Origin: an uncultured virus (IMG/VR IMGVR_UViG_3300011906_000002)
Lineage: Duplodnaviria > Heunggongvirae > Uroviricota > Caudoviricetes
Reading direction: 5' to 3' (one strand)
IMG/VR virus record: IMGVR_UViG_3300011906_000002
Span: 62,001-126,000 of that record
DNA length: 64,000 nt
Below are positions 39,784 through 49,738 of this stretch, piece after piece; the stretch's first letter is position 1, and every line of letters starts with the position of its first letter. Both the position numbers and the translations under genes were made by a program. The notes under the pieces are model-generated. The model was not told where the DNA came from. It worked only from the letters and a program-made list of their open reading frames with translations, and did not search any database.

Positions 39784-40161
39784 ATGACTTACAGCAACCC
39801 GAACATCAAAGCCCGTCACGAAGCTGCCATCAAACAGATCAAAGCTCAGAACGGCTTGATCGATGACCTGCATCGTCCCAATGGCAAAATCCAGATCAGT
39901 CACGTAGGGGTCTTCCAACAGAACCCGAACGCCAAGAACCCATTGCTGGTGGCGCTGTTGGATGGTGTCATGTTCTGCATCAACCACATCGACCTGACTC
40001 AGGAGAGACCTGCCTTGAGTCGTGAGTCCGTCGGCGGAACCATGGAGGCTATCAGCCTACCCATGATCGAACGTTGCCAACGCTATAACGATGAAGCTTG
40101 CACAATAGGCAAGTTCATTCAAATCGTTCATGTAAAGATTGACGCTGCGAAAGCGGCATAA
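39784..40161 (+). CDS. Early hypothetical protein
   Basis: 125 aa, AGGAG SD in a hairpin. Confidence 0.7.
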   Translation: MTYSNPNIKARHEAAIKQIKAQNGLIDDLHRPNGKIQISHVGVFQQNPNAKNPLLVALLDGVMFCINHIDLTQERPALSRESVGGTMEAISLPMIERCQRYNDEACTIGKFIQIVHVKIDAAKAA

Positions 40162-40237
40162 AAGAAGAAACCGGTGTAGGCACCTTTGGGTGTCTGCACC
40201 ATCATCAACGTAACACATTAACTAAAGGAGAAAACTT

Positions 40238-40447
40238 ATGTTTACAGTAAAGCAAACCCGCATCATCGAAAACTATAAAGAACTGCTCAAAGCTGGTCTG
40301 GATCGTCTGGTGGCTCGTACTATCGCCCTGCGCGTTTCGGCTGCAGTGATCCTGAACGTAGCAGTATCGGATCATGGCGTACACGTTGAACTGTACGAAG
40401 TAGCTGAACGCGAAGAGAAGACTATGGTCTTCCGCTTCGTGGCATAA
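40238..40447 (+). CDS. Early hypothetical protein
   Basis: 69 aa, AAGGAG SD. Confidence 0.7.
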   Translation: MFTVKQTRIIENYKELLKAGLDRLVARTIALRVSAAVILNVAVSDHGVHVELYEVAEREEKTMVFRFVA

Positions 40448-40493
40448 AAAGAAAGGGATTCTCACCCCTTTCTTTTTTTTTGCTTTTATGCCG
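40441..40493. terminator. Bidirectional terminator with GGCATA...TATGCC ends and a U-tract
   Basis: GGCATAAAAAGAAAGGG...CCCTTTCTTTTTTTTTGCTTTTATGCCGG, overlapping both convergent stop codons. Confidence 0.8.
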
Positions 40494-41727
40494 GCTGATC
40501 GCTTTTGATAGCCCGTGCCACCAACACCCGAGAGGCCAAGGCCATCTTGATGCAGCGGTCGGTTTCATCTGCCAGCGGTGAGCGGTAGTAGTGCGAGATG
40601 TGCTTGGAGACGGTGATCAATTGCTTAAGAGCTTTGATGTTGTTTGACGACAACGCAGAATTTTTCAAATCCAGTTGCTGTACAGACTTCATAACCCGGT
40701 CCAACGCACTGGCCATTTTGCGGTAAGTACCCCAACCACTGACAACCAGATCACAGTAACTTTCCGAACAGCCCAGCAAGGCCTCTAAATCGCTCGCTGC
40801 GAGCTTTGCGACATCAGAACGTTGTAGCGGCTTGCCTCCCCGCTCACGCACCACCTGCTTCGTTGCAAGGTCTGCTAGGTGTGCATAGCTGGCATCAATC
40901 CCACGGGCACGCGGACTGGGCTTTTTGGTGACAAACAACGAGGTGTTAAACAACAGCTCTTCGGTGAGAGGTATCTTCTTAGCAAAGCTCTCCACCGGAT
41001 GCGTCAGCGTCTGGATCTTAGCCATCACTGTGCGTTCGAATCCTTCATCAGAACTGAGGTCTGCTGAGGTGATCAGCTTGTGGTAAGCGTTAGCAAACGC
41101 CATTACCTGGGCAGGGATCACTTCCATCAGTACACTGGCTTGGGCCAAGTCCTTTTTCAAGGCGCTCACCAAATCGCGTACCGCACGCCCATCGCGGGTA
41201 AATGCGTTACCGACGTTCTTGCCCGACAGACTGACTTCAAGATTCCCTTTCACCGGCGCGGCCTTAAGCTTCTGACGCAGAGCCTGGGTGCGTTTGATGC
41301 CGGACTTGGCAGTGTGGATACTGCCCAACGAAACGTTCGACAGGGCTGTGATCACACTGGCGAAGTTATCGTTGTACGCCTTGCTGGTCATTTTGGCAAC
41401 GTTGTGCAAAGCCGGCATGACGCTGTCTTTGAAGTCTTCGCTGCTGTAGGTGTCACTCTCCAACGCCGGGAGGGTATTCAAAATACGTCCGGTTACCCCT
41501 TCCAGTGCTTGAATGCGTTCAAGGGCTAGAATTCCAACCCCTGGGTTTAATGCACCCATTTCGGAGAGGTGTTCGAGGGTGACTTCCAAATGATCCAATT
41601 CGTCAACGGTGTCGGCCAACTCCTCCATACTCACCAACCAGTTCTGATTGGTGTGAACAATCATCTGCAGTTGATCAATAGACAGGTTAGTGGGGCGCGC
41701 GTTGGTACGTGCCAATTTCTTCAGCAT
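40486..41727 (-). CDS. Internal head protein, paralogous family (phiKZ inner-head type)
   Basis: ~413 aa. Acidic N-terminal propeptide with SME/TLE/ALE sites; similar layout to 41780..43039. Confidence 0.6.
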   Translation of the reverse strand: MLKKLARTNARPTNLSIDQLQMIVHTNQNWLVSMEELADTVDELDHLEVTLEHLSEMGALNPGVGILALERIQALEGVTGRILNTLPALESDTYSSEDFKDSVMPALHNVAKMTSKAYNDNFASVITALSNVSLGSIHTAKSGIKRTQALRQKLKAAPVKGNLEVSLSGKNVGNAFTRDGRAVRDLVSALKKDLAQASVLMEVIPAQVMAFANAYHKLITSADLSSDEGFERTVMAKIQTLTHPVESFAKKIPLTEELLFNTSLFVTKKPSPRARGIDASYAHLADLATKQVVRERGGKPLQRSDVAKLAASDLEALLGCSESYCDLVVSGWGTYRKMASALDRVMKSVQQLDLKNSALSSNNIKALKQLITVSKHISHYYRSPLADETDRCIKMALASRVLVARAIKSDQPA

Positions 41728-41779
41728 GGGGATCACCTAAATGAGTGGTCAGGTAGGAGGAGCTACCTGTACCTAGGAG

Positions 41780-43039
41780 TTACTGGGCTGTGGCGATGGT
41801 TCGGCTGGCCAGAATCCGGATCGCAGGGATCAGGTTCTTGATGCGCAGCTGCTCGTGGAAGTACGGGGTTTTGGCGTAACGCTTCATACCACGTACAAAC
41901 TTCAACACTTGCTTGAACGCCTTCTTGTTGACTGGCGACAAACCGTCCACACTGTTTACCTTGTCGACTGTAGAGGCAAGGTTCTTAAATGCGCGCTGGA
42001 GCGGTACGAAACCGGTCTTGGCACTGATCAGGAAGTCGCAATACAGATCAGCGAAATCAAGCATTTTGTCGACGTCTTCGGTGCTGAAGTAGAAGTCTTC
42101 CAGAATGCCGCTGTTCATGTTCGACCAGGTCATGACGTATTCGCGCACGTGGGTGGTGACGCAGAGGTCAGCCAGGTCACGATAAACCTTATCGTCGCCT
42201 ACGGGTTTAACAGCACGCCCTTTCCAAACTTCCAGACCTTTGTTGGTCAGCAGGACGTTGCCTTCGCCAACACCCGGACCTTTAAAGACCTTGAAAGGGT
42301 GCTCGAACTGAGCCAACTTATCGAGGACGGTGCGCTTGAACTGCTCGTCGTTTTCGAACTTAGCGCTGTTCAAAACGCCGCGAACCTTTTCCAGATACAC
42401 GGCCAGATCTTTGGGATACTGGCGGTTGATGTAGCTGGCGTACTTGCTGTCGCTGGTCAGGTCTTCGAGTGGCGTCTTGGAGATCCGGCCATCGATACGA
42501 AACATCTGTGGCAAGTAGCTACCGGCCATCGATGCCTTGTGACGCTTTTCATTGAGGGAGGGCTTCTTATCCTTCCACTCTTGGCGCAGCTTGTGGTGGC
42601 GACGTTTCTGACGAGAGGCCCAACCTTCAGACGTACTGAAGAAACGAATGTAGGCATCCCATTCCATCTGGAAATCAGCCACGATCACTTGTTTGATGCG
42701 GTTCCAGAAACCACTGACCGCTTCCATCGAGACCTGTACGAACATCTCTGGATTGTCGTTGTGACTTTCCAGTGAAGCCACAGGGGCTTCCATGTTAATC
42801 CAGTCGCCGATGTTTTGCAGACGTGCTTGAATCATGAACATCTCAGGGCCGCTGATCGATCCCTGTGTCCGAACAACTTCGAGTTGGTCTTCAACTTCCT
42901 CGAGTTCTTCCATGGCCAATTCCAGCTCATCGCCTGTGGCCATAGCCGCAAGTACGTACTCACTGGAGTCGTGAAGCTCTTCGATGCTGTATGTCCCTAC
43001 AGGACTTTCCTGCGCATCTTTGAAAAGATCGGCAAGCAT
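41780..43039 (-). CDS. Internal head protein, paralogous family (phiKZ inner-head type)
   Basis: 419 aa. Acidic propeptide, ASLES and VSMEA sites followed by GFWNRIKQ, the pattern typical of phiKZ-like processed head proteins. Confidence 0.65.
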   Translation of the reverse strand: MLADLFKDAQESPVGTYSIEELHDSSEYVLAAMATGDELELAMEELEEVEDQLEVVRTQGSISGPEMFMIQARLQNIGDWINMEAPVASLESHNDNPEMFVQVSMEAVSGFWNRIKQVIVADFQMEWDAYIRFFSTSEGWASRQKRRHHKLRQEWKDKKPSLNEKRHKASMAGSYLPQMFRIDGRISKTPLEDLTSDSKYASYINRQYPKDLAVYLEKVRGVLNSAKFENDEQFKRTVLDKLAQFEHPFKVFKGPGVGEGNVLLTNKGLEVWKGRAVKPVGDDKVYRDLADLCVTTHVREYVMTWSNMNSGILEDFYFSTEDVDKMLDFADLYCDFLISAKTGFVPLQRAFKNLASTVDKVNSVDGLSPVNKKAFKQVLKFVRGMKRYAKTPYFHEQLRIKNLIPAIRILASRTIATAQ

Positions 43040-43097
43040 GGTGCACCTATCTTAAAGGGTTAAATGGAGGGTTCATTAAATAGCGATGTCTGATAAC

Positions 43098-43130
43098 AGC
43101 ATAAGCGGCAGGCCGAAGCCCACCGCTCAG
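43098..43130 (-). terminator. Hairpin + TTATGC element after the tail tube gene
   Basis: Minus strand AGCGGTGGGC-TTCG-GCCTGCCGCT-TATGCTG. Confidence 0.6.
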
Positions 43131-43138
43131 CTCAGGGG

Positions 43139-44008
43139 TTAGAGGACAGCCGCAGCTGCGATCTCTTCCATCTGTTCGGAGTAGCCATTGCCGTCGGCGC
43201 CAGCTGCTTCGACTTCCGCGTCGATCTCGGTGATGAACGCTTGACGCAGGTTCTGGTTAGCACCAGTGAGGGTCATGCGGTCCAGGAATTCCTGAGCCAA
43301 CAAGTCCACACCTTCGCCGACCTGAGTCAGTGCGGTGAATTCAACGGTGTAATCCGTCTTATCACCACCAGCGGTCAATTCACGACGACCTTGGATCTCG
43401 GCCACGGTACCGTTCGGACGCATGTTGGTCGACAACCACGACGTAATCACTTTGGAGTGAGTCGGATCGGGTTCGATGAACAACACAGTCATCCCGGTGT
43501 AGTCAGGAAGCAGGTCAACCGGACGGTTGGCAAGCTTGACCACGCGGGGGTACTTGGTTTCCGGGTCCATGATCAGGTTGAGTGTCCAACCGTTCAGGAA
43601 GTTGGCAACCGAGCGACCGTACTTCTCGTTCCAGGTGAACGACGGCGTTGAACGCTGGCGAGTGACGTTGGTGATGTCTTGTTGCATCTCACCAGCACCA
43701 CCGAACGGATTCTCGCTGTGCTCAACCGAGAGGGTCTGGTTCAACCCTTCGATGGTCAGCGGAGCCAGTTCGACCAGGTTCTTCAACGTAGCAACCCAGT
43801 ACTCTGGATCTTCGAGATCCTGGAACCCACGCGGTGCCTCGATGAGGATCGTAATCAGGTTCCGGCGGATGTACGAAGCGTTCGATACGTACGCATCGAA
43901 TACCGGAGCATGGCCCATTTGACCACCCTTACGGATGTCGACGGCGGGCGCTTGACCGTACTGATTGAACCCCTTGTTGTCAAGGAGCGTATCTGCTAGG
44001 CGGCTCAT
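43139..44008 (-). CDS. Tail tube protein (phiKZ gp30-like)
   Basis: 289 aa, directly downstream of the sheath gene (ATGA overlap). Size and position match the phiKZ tube. Confidence 0.8.
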   Translation of the reverse strand: MSRLADTLLDNKGFNQYGQAPAVDIRKGGQMGHAPVFDAYVSNASYIRRNLITILIEAPRGFQDLEDPEYWVATLKNLVELAPLTIEGLNQTLSVEHSENPFGGAGEMQQDITNVTRQRSTPSFTWNEKYGRSVANFLNGWTLNLIMDPETKYPRVVKLANRPVDLLPDYTGMTVLFIEPDPTHSKVITSWLSTNMRPNGTVAEIQGRRELTAGGDKTDYTVEFTALTQVGEGVDLLAQEFLDRMTLTGANQNLRQAFITEIDAEVEAAGADGNGYSEQMEEIAAAAVL

Positions 44009-46062
44009 TGTTCGAGGTCCTCACGACGGCGGGCTACGATAGTGAACGAGCCCACGGTTTTCATGTTGTTGCCGTACATCACGATGTTGCAACCCCAGCT
44101 GAAGCCACGCTGCTTATCGGCTTCGGACACGAAGGTATCCGGGACGATCACAACACGGTTGTCGAAGCGGCCTTTAACAGCTTCTTCGATCAGACGGTTC
44201 GAACGGGTGATGAACTGGTTCTCGGTCAGACCGGTGATACCAGTCAACTGACGCCAGGTGATTTCAGCAACCTTTTCCAGTTCGACAGCGATCAACATAT
44301 TGAACACGGAGTTCAGGATGCTGGTGTCGTCGTCGTACACGGTTTGCAGACCAGGGAAGAACTGGCTGCGGCGGTCGAAGTTCTGTACCCACACCAGACC
44401 TGCGTCCCAATCCTTGCTGCGTGCGTTGGCCTTTTTATAGGTCGCATTCACATCACGGAACATGGTGACTTGGTTGGCTGGGGAGATGTCGAACTTGGCA
44501 CGCGACTTCCAGACGCCGTCGCCGGCACCCATGTACGCAGCGCACTTGTCCGCCAGCTCGATGGTCAGCGGAGTCAGGTTTTTCCACTTCGAGTTCACGA
44601 GGTAACCCGAGTGACCGACCACTACCGCGCGGCAGCACGAAGTTCCGTAGATTTCCGATTCTGGGTACATGCGAGCAGCGGTACGCAGGGAAACGGCGAT
44701 CGAGGATTCTTCGGAGTTGCTGTTCTGCGGCTGAGACGCATCTTGCGTCGACAGGAACACAGCCATGTCTTTACGACGGCCGAGTACGGTCAGCAGCTTC
44801 TTCTTGGTTTCCAGACCGAAGCCTGAGTCCCAGATGCAAGACTGCGGATAAACCGCGCTGTCGAGGAAGTGGAATTCGCCTTCACCGTAGTTGGCGCAGA
44901 TGTCGCCGACCAGACGATCGAAGGTTTCGAAATCCATGGTGCCGTCAGCACCACCACGGGCATAGTGAGTCGAACTTTCGTTCAACAGAACACCGCCAGC
45001 GGAAGGACCTTCGATCTGCAGACTGTGATACGGAGTACCGTTGTAGTCATGACCACCGATGAAGTTGACCATGTGCAGGTCTTCTTCGGCATCGGACACG
45101 AGCCCGAAAGGACTTTCGGTTGCCTGGAGCAGCACCAACAGGTCTTCGATGTTCTCGAGATAGACGTGTTGATCATCAATCAGACCGATTGTCGGTGGCA
45201 GACCGTTGCTAGCCGATTCGTTCCAGCTTTGCAGCAGAACTTCGTCAACCGACATTTCGCTGTCAGTCTTGGCGTTGATCACACCAGGCTTGAACGCGAA
45301 GTCGATGAACTGGTCACCGGACAGGGTTTCTTTGACCACTGGCAAGCTGTTGGCAGAAGGACGTTCTACCAGGGCGAAGCGGTACATGTACGCGCGCGCA
45401 GCTTCGATCAGCTCGTCATCCACCGGGCTCGAGGAGTCGATGGTTGGCGAGGACAGACGAATACCAACGAGGTCACCGAACGAACCGTGCGACGATACAC
45501 GCTGAGCGATCATCGGGTACATGGTCGATTGGGCGCCGTCGCGGTCAGCCACGAGATTCCCGACGCGAGGCTCGAGTTCGTGCAGACCTTTGTTGGCTGG
45601 AACGCCTTCGATGACGTAACGTACGCGGTAGCCCGAAATGGTTTCGCCAGTCGGAATGCGCGCGCCATTGGCGTCAAGCAGGAAGCGGCCGTTTTCAGCA
45701 CGCTGGTAGTCAGGGATGTCATCCGCGACATAGTCAGCCCACAGGCTCAACGCAGCAATAGCGGCGTCATCGGCTACTACACGCTGGGCGACCATCATGT
45801 TGCCGCGAGCGTTAACAGTGTTGATCAGCACTGTCTGGTGAGTAGCGTACTTGGAGCGATAGTCGAACGACTCCGCACCATAAGTGGACATAAGGCTGTC
45901 ACCTACGACCACCTGAGGAACCAAAGTACCGCGCTGTGCAAAAAGAAACACATGCGGCATGTGAGTCGGACGGGCTTCGGGTTGATACACCGGAGCGCGA
46001 CCAGACTCGTCTTTGATACCGTTCAGGATGGCGCGAGGGGCAGCGTTTTTGATTGTAACCAT
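44005..46062 (-). CDS. Contractile tail sheath protein (phiKZ gp29-like)
   Basis: ~685 aa from ATG 46062 (GGAG SD). NAAPR...GIKDES N-terminus, WDSGF, YPESEIYGT and FPGLQTVYDDDTS motifs of phiKZ-like sheaths. Confidence 0.85.
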   Translation of the reverse strand: MVTIKNAAPRAILNGIKDESGRAPVYQPEARPTHMPHVFLFAQRGTLVPQVVVGDSLMSTYGAESFDYRSKYATHQTVLINTVNARGNMMVAQRVVADDAAIAALSLWADYVADDIPDYQRAENGRFLLDANGARIPTGETISGYRVRYVIEGVPANKGLHELEPRVGNLVADRDGAQSTMYPMIAQRVSSHGSFGDLVGIRLSSPTIDSSSPVDDELIEAARAYMYRFALVERPSANSLPVVKETLSGDQFIDFAFKPGVINAKTDSEMSVDEVLLQSWNESASNGLPPTIGLIDDQHVYLENIEDLLVLLQATESPFGLVSDAEEDLHMVNFIGGHDYNGTPYHSLQIEGPSAGGVLLNESSTHYARGGADGTMDFETFDRLVGDICANYGEGEFHFLDSAVYPQSCIWDSGFGLETKKKLLTVLGRRKDMAVFLSTQDASQPQNSNSEESSIAVSLRTAARMYPESEIYGTSCCRAVVVGHSGYLVNSKWKNLTPLTIELADKCAAYMGAGDGVWKSRAKFDISPANQVTMFRDVNATYKKANARSKDWDAGLVWVQNFDRRSQFFPGLQTVYDDDTSILNSVFNMLIAVELEKVAEITWRQLTGITGLTENQFITRSNRLIEEAVKGRFDNRVVIVPDTFVSEADKQRGFSWGCNIVMYGNNMKTVGSFTIVARRREDLEQ

Positions 46063-46273
46063 AACAGCTCCCGTGATCAAAATTGATCATTAATCGCGAT
46101 TAAAGGACCAAGCAAACCTACTCCTCGTCCAAGCCATGGTCTTATCAGAGGAGAAATAACTTGAATGGTATAGTTGCCGTACACTGATGTAGTACATCAT
46201 ACTATTCCAGCGACGAACTACATACCTACGTTTAGTAAACTTTTACGTCCCAGAAAACCAGGAGATCGAACAG

Positions 46274-47167
46274 ATGAAAGTCTCTCCATACGATACCAAG
46301 CCCTGCGCGTCGTATAACATGGCCGATACGCTCAAACACATTCGTTTGGCGTTTGTGGAGGGTACTCTCTACAAGCTTGAAGGCACTCAACTCCAAGACA
46401 TCTATTTGGTCTCGCCGCGTAATAAAGAGATCAAGCCTTTCACACATCCGGTAATGATCGACCATGGTGGTACCCAAGTCGTGGTCATTGATGCCCGTGC
46501 ATTGATCCGTGAAAACGGACCTACCTACAAGGTGGCTAACCACACCGAGTTCCAGTTCAACGTGACCCGTGCAGCGTTGACGCTGTATGCACACCGCCAT
46601 TCGATGGAAGACATCGGCAACCTTGGCGATCTGGGACTGACTGTCTTTTCCCGCTACATCGCTGAGAACATCACGCGGCGTTTGAACCTCAACCCTGAGG
46701 AGCAGATGAAGCTGGCCATGGTCGCCTCTTTCTGGCACCTGTGTGGTATGCGCGAACTCACCGAACTGACTGAACGTGACCTGCAACGCATGGTTCCACG
46801 TATCGCTCGTTGCACCAAACTCAACGCCCAGTGGATCTTCGACAACATTGGCCCGATCCGCTACATGGACAATGTCAGCGACTTTGTCGCCGTGGTCAAA
46901 GAGCTGATTCCGAACCGTCGTTTGGAGCAACTCGATGTGGCGTTGTTGTACGCCATGCTTGGTGGCGGTTGGTTTGGTTTCAACGCTCGTGAAGTGGTGG
47001 CCGTTGGTTTGGAACACATCCCGACGTGGTACGCCATCATTTATTCGTCGTTGATTGACCGCAGCTTCCGTAAAGCGCCGATCGCCAACATCGTTCAAAT
47101 CAACGATCGCAATGGCGCTGGCAAACAGTTCACCATTAACTTGGCTCGCATGCTTGAGGTGCTCTAA
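46274..47167 (+). CDS. Virion structural protein (phiKZ gp28-like)
   Basis: 297 aa, AGGAG SD, divergent from the sheath gene; conserved synteny. Confidence 0.65.
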   Translation: MKVSPYDTKPCASYNMADTLKHIRLAFVEGTLYKLEGTQLQDIYLVSPRNKEIKPFTHPVMIDHGGTQVVVIDARALIRENGPTYKVANHTEFQFNVTRAALTLYAHRHSMEDIGNLGDLGLTVFSRYIAENITRRLNLNPEEQMKLAMVASFWHLCGMRELTELTERDLQRMVPRIARCTKLNAQWIFDNIGPIRYMDNVSDFVAVVKELIPNRRLEQLDVALLYAMLGGGWFGFNAREVVAVGLEHIPTWYAIIYSSLIDRSFRKAPIANIVQINDRNGAGKQFTINLARMLEVL

Positions 47168-49731
47168 TGTCTAACTTTCTGGCGATGCACGGAACTAAAC
47201 ATGTTTGGTGCACCCCAGATCAAGACTATCAACACATCTTCCAAGTTGCCCGTATCACTCGCGCCTTAGGCGTCAGTCGCACCTGTGCAGTGGAATGGCA
47301 AACCATTCCTTTGCCGAATCTGACCGACGTCTTTCACGTGTATTCGCTGGGACAGATTCATCCAGGACACTTAGGCTTGTCTAACAAGCAGAAGGTCTGG
47401 CAACGGATGGATCAGATGGCGGGTATTGAAAACGTGACGGTGGCCCTGTACCACAAAGACGGTTTTGTGTTCCCTCGACACTTGGCCTACTTGATGGTGA
47501 TGGGTGATCGTAACGTCGTGGTGGCACTGCGGCAAATCGATGTGCTGAAAGCTCGTTACGTCCAACCCCTGTATGTGCGTTTTTACTCGAACGCTTTCTA
47601 CGGGTCCCAGCGTTCTGATGGTGTCTCAGAGACCATCGTGTGCAAAGGGTATACCCATTGGGGATCGACGCAAGATCTGGTCACGTTTCAAACACTGCGC
47701 AATACCTACCGAGACATGGTGGGCAAAACCCTGACCTTCCATAACGGCCAATACGTGGATGACGTACAGCCTGGGCGGATGATCTTGGGGGATGAAGCGG
47801 AGTTCTTTTATGATGCCTCGATTCGGCGTCAGGTGATCTTCAAGATCAAAGACCTGCAAACCTTCGACAGCGAGATCGATCAGAAGCGTAAGTTCCTGCT
47901 GTACCGGGACAAGGCTAATGCCGATGCTTGGATTGACTACCGCGACGACATTGACTTGTATCTGGTTAAGCGGGACAGTACCGGTCGATTCTCAGGGGTT
48001 TACTACCATCGTAATCGTGAAGACGCACTGCGCATGGTAACGCACAATGCGTACTCAGTCCCTGTGACCTATGTTCAGGGGTATGTGAACGATCATCCTG
48101 AGTGGACAGATATCAACGATTTGGAACTGCACCTGTTTATTCGGGAAGCCGGTTACAAACGTCCGTTGGTGTTTGAACACAACCGGTTGCACGAGCTATA
48201 CAAGCTGACAGACCAACAGATCCAAGAGGCCATGTTGGGGTTGGAGTCGGTGGTGCCAAACTGGCGTGCTGAAGCATTGGAGTCTTCGTGGTATACCGCA
48301 TTGATGCGGGTGCGTGACGGGCAGATTTCCTCAGAGATGGTTGAGAAAGCCTACGGCTACAACGCCATTACCCAGCTGGTGGTACCAACCCCTCAAAAGG
48401 TTGACCTGATGGCGGGTACGCGTTTTGTCAAAGTGCCGGTGGGTTTCTATGACCCTTCAACTATGCTCGAGTTTGATGCAGCGGGTAAGTTGCTTGGCTT
48501 TCATATCCACAACGGAGGTCAGTACTACAACCCCATCGAACGCAAGACGCGGATGATCGAAGCACACCGTGGTCTGGGCAGTAAACAGATCCATGTGTAC
48601 CACGGGTTGGATAGTCGTGCTTTGTCTGGACAGTACAACTACCGGTTTTACAAGTCACCGAAGTTAGCTGGAGTGGTCACTAAAGAATGGAGACCTGCTG
48701 TAGAGAACATCGATTACACCTTCGTCAATGGGGTCGTGACTTGGGCACTGGAAAGTGTGGGTTGGCAAGGGTTGGTGAAGTCGGATCAAACGCACCTGCT
48801 GTATGCGATGGATCTGGAGGCAGAGAGCGGCCTTTATCATTTCACACTTCGCAGCAGTGAGTTGCGAGACGGGGTCAACTTCATAGAGGGGGATCTGACG
48901 GTTAACCCTCGGCGAATCAGTCTCTGGCTCAACGGCTATGCATTGATCGAACACATCGACTACTACGTCAAAGGCACTAAGGTGGTACTCACCAATAAAG
49001 AGTATCTGGTACCTGGCACCCAACGCGTGGTGGTAATGGCTGAAGGGTTCTGTCAAGACGACATGTCCTGTGAACCTCAACCAGATGTGGGTTATGTAGA
49101 GTACGGTTTGCTCAGCATGAACCATACGGTCAACCTACGAGACGACAAGAACGTTCGAATCGTGGTGGGTGGGTGTGCCAAACACCGTTCTGAGGTGGCC
49201 TTCGTTGAGGACTACCCAGCTGTGGATTCGACCCTACTGTTGCAAAATGGCCGACCCTACCAAGTCGATGAGATCGTAAACCCGTTGGGTGTGTACACCC
49301 CGTCTGATACCTACGCGCTGCGTAAGCTGTCGCAGCCGGTGGATGTGGTGGTGGAGACCTACATCAACGGTAAACGGTCGCAGCCGACCTTGCCTGGCAT
49401 CAGTCCGATTCCAGATCGTTATCGGGTTTACAGTCCGTTCGTGGCGCGGGTATTGGATGACTTGGACCGTGGGGTATTGTGGGACGATCGAATGATTGGT
49501 CGTTACGACATCACGTTCATGCGCACCTTGCTCAAGCCGTATGAATGGTTGCTCGACTACGAACCCAGTAAGAACGCAATCGACGACCGTTATGTGGTGG
49601 TTCATCCTCACACGTACGACTCGGTCTTTGAGTTGAATATCTACAAGCTCACGTTTCTAAAGCGTGCAATTGAGTATTACCTCGACGACAAAGTTAACGT
49701 CAACCACTTTGTTTCCATCTCTGACGATTAG
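47167..49731 (+). CDS. Virion structural/baseplate protein (phiKZ gp27-like)
   Basis: 854 aa; VWCTPDQDYQ N-terminus; synteny. Confidence 0.7.
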   Translation: MSNFLAMHGTKHVWCTPDQDYQHIFQVARITRALGVSRTCAVEWQTIPLPNLTDVFHVYSLGQIHPGHLGLSNKQKVWQRMDQMAGIENVTVALYHKDGFVFPRHLAYLMVMGDRNVVVALRQIDVLKARYVQPLYVRFYSNAFYGSQRSDGVSETIVCKGYTHWGSTQDLVTFQTLRNTYRDMVGKTLTFHNGQYVDDVQPGRMILGDEAEFFYDASIRRQVIFKIKDLQTFDSEIDQKRKFLLYRDKANADAWIDYRDDIDLYLVKRDSTGRFSGVYYHRNREDALRMVTHNAYSVPVTYVQGYVNDHPEWTDINDLELHLFIREAGYKRPLVFEHNRLHELYKLTDQQIQEAMLGLESVVPNWRAEALESSWYTALMRVRDGQISSEMVEKAYGYNAITQLVVPTPQKVDLMAGTRFVKVPVGFYDPSTMLEFDAAGKLLGFHIHNGGQYYNPIERKTRMIEAHRGLGSKQIHVYHGLDSRALSGQYNYRFYKSPKLAGVVTKEWRPAVENIDYTFVNGVVTWALESVGWQGLVKSDQTHLLYAMDLEAESGLYHFTLRSSELRDGVNFIEGDLTVNPRRISLWLNGYALIEHIDYYVKGTKVVLTNKEYLVPGTQRVVVMAEGFCQDDMSCEPQPDVGYVEYGLLSMNHTVNLRDDKNVRIVVGGCAKHRSEVAFVEDYPAVDSTLLLQNGRPYQVDEIVNPLGVYTPSDTYALRKLSQPVDVVVETYINGKRSQPTLPGISPIPDRYRVYSPFVARVLDDLDRGVLWDDRMIGRYDITFMRTLLKPYEWLLDYEPSKNAIDDRYVVVHPHTYDSVFELNIYKLTFLKRAIEYYLDDKVNVNHFVSISDD

Positions 49732-49738
49732 GTGAGTT

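Noticed and set aside
38580..39790. Repeated GTTCTTAGGAGAAC units as a possible CRISPR or mini-array
   Set aside because: Spacing is irregular (hundreds of bp) and each unit is the RBS of a protein-coding ORF. No cas genes are present.
41855..47098. Long antisense ORFs (41855..42775, 44008..44826, 44869..46086, 46232..47098)
   Set aside because: They lie opposite head, sheath and gp28-like genes, lack recognisable motifs, and are explained by codon bias.
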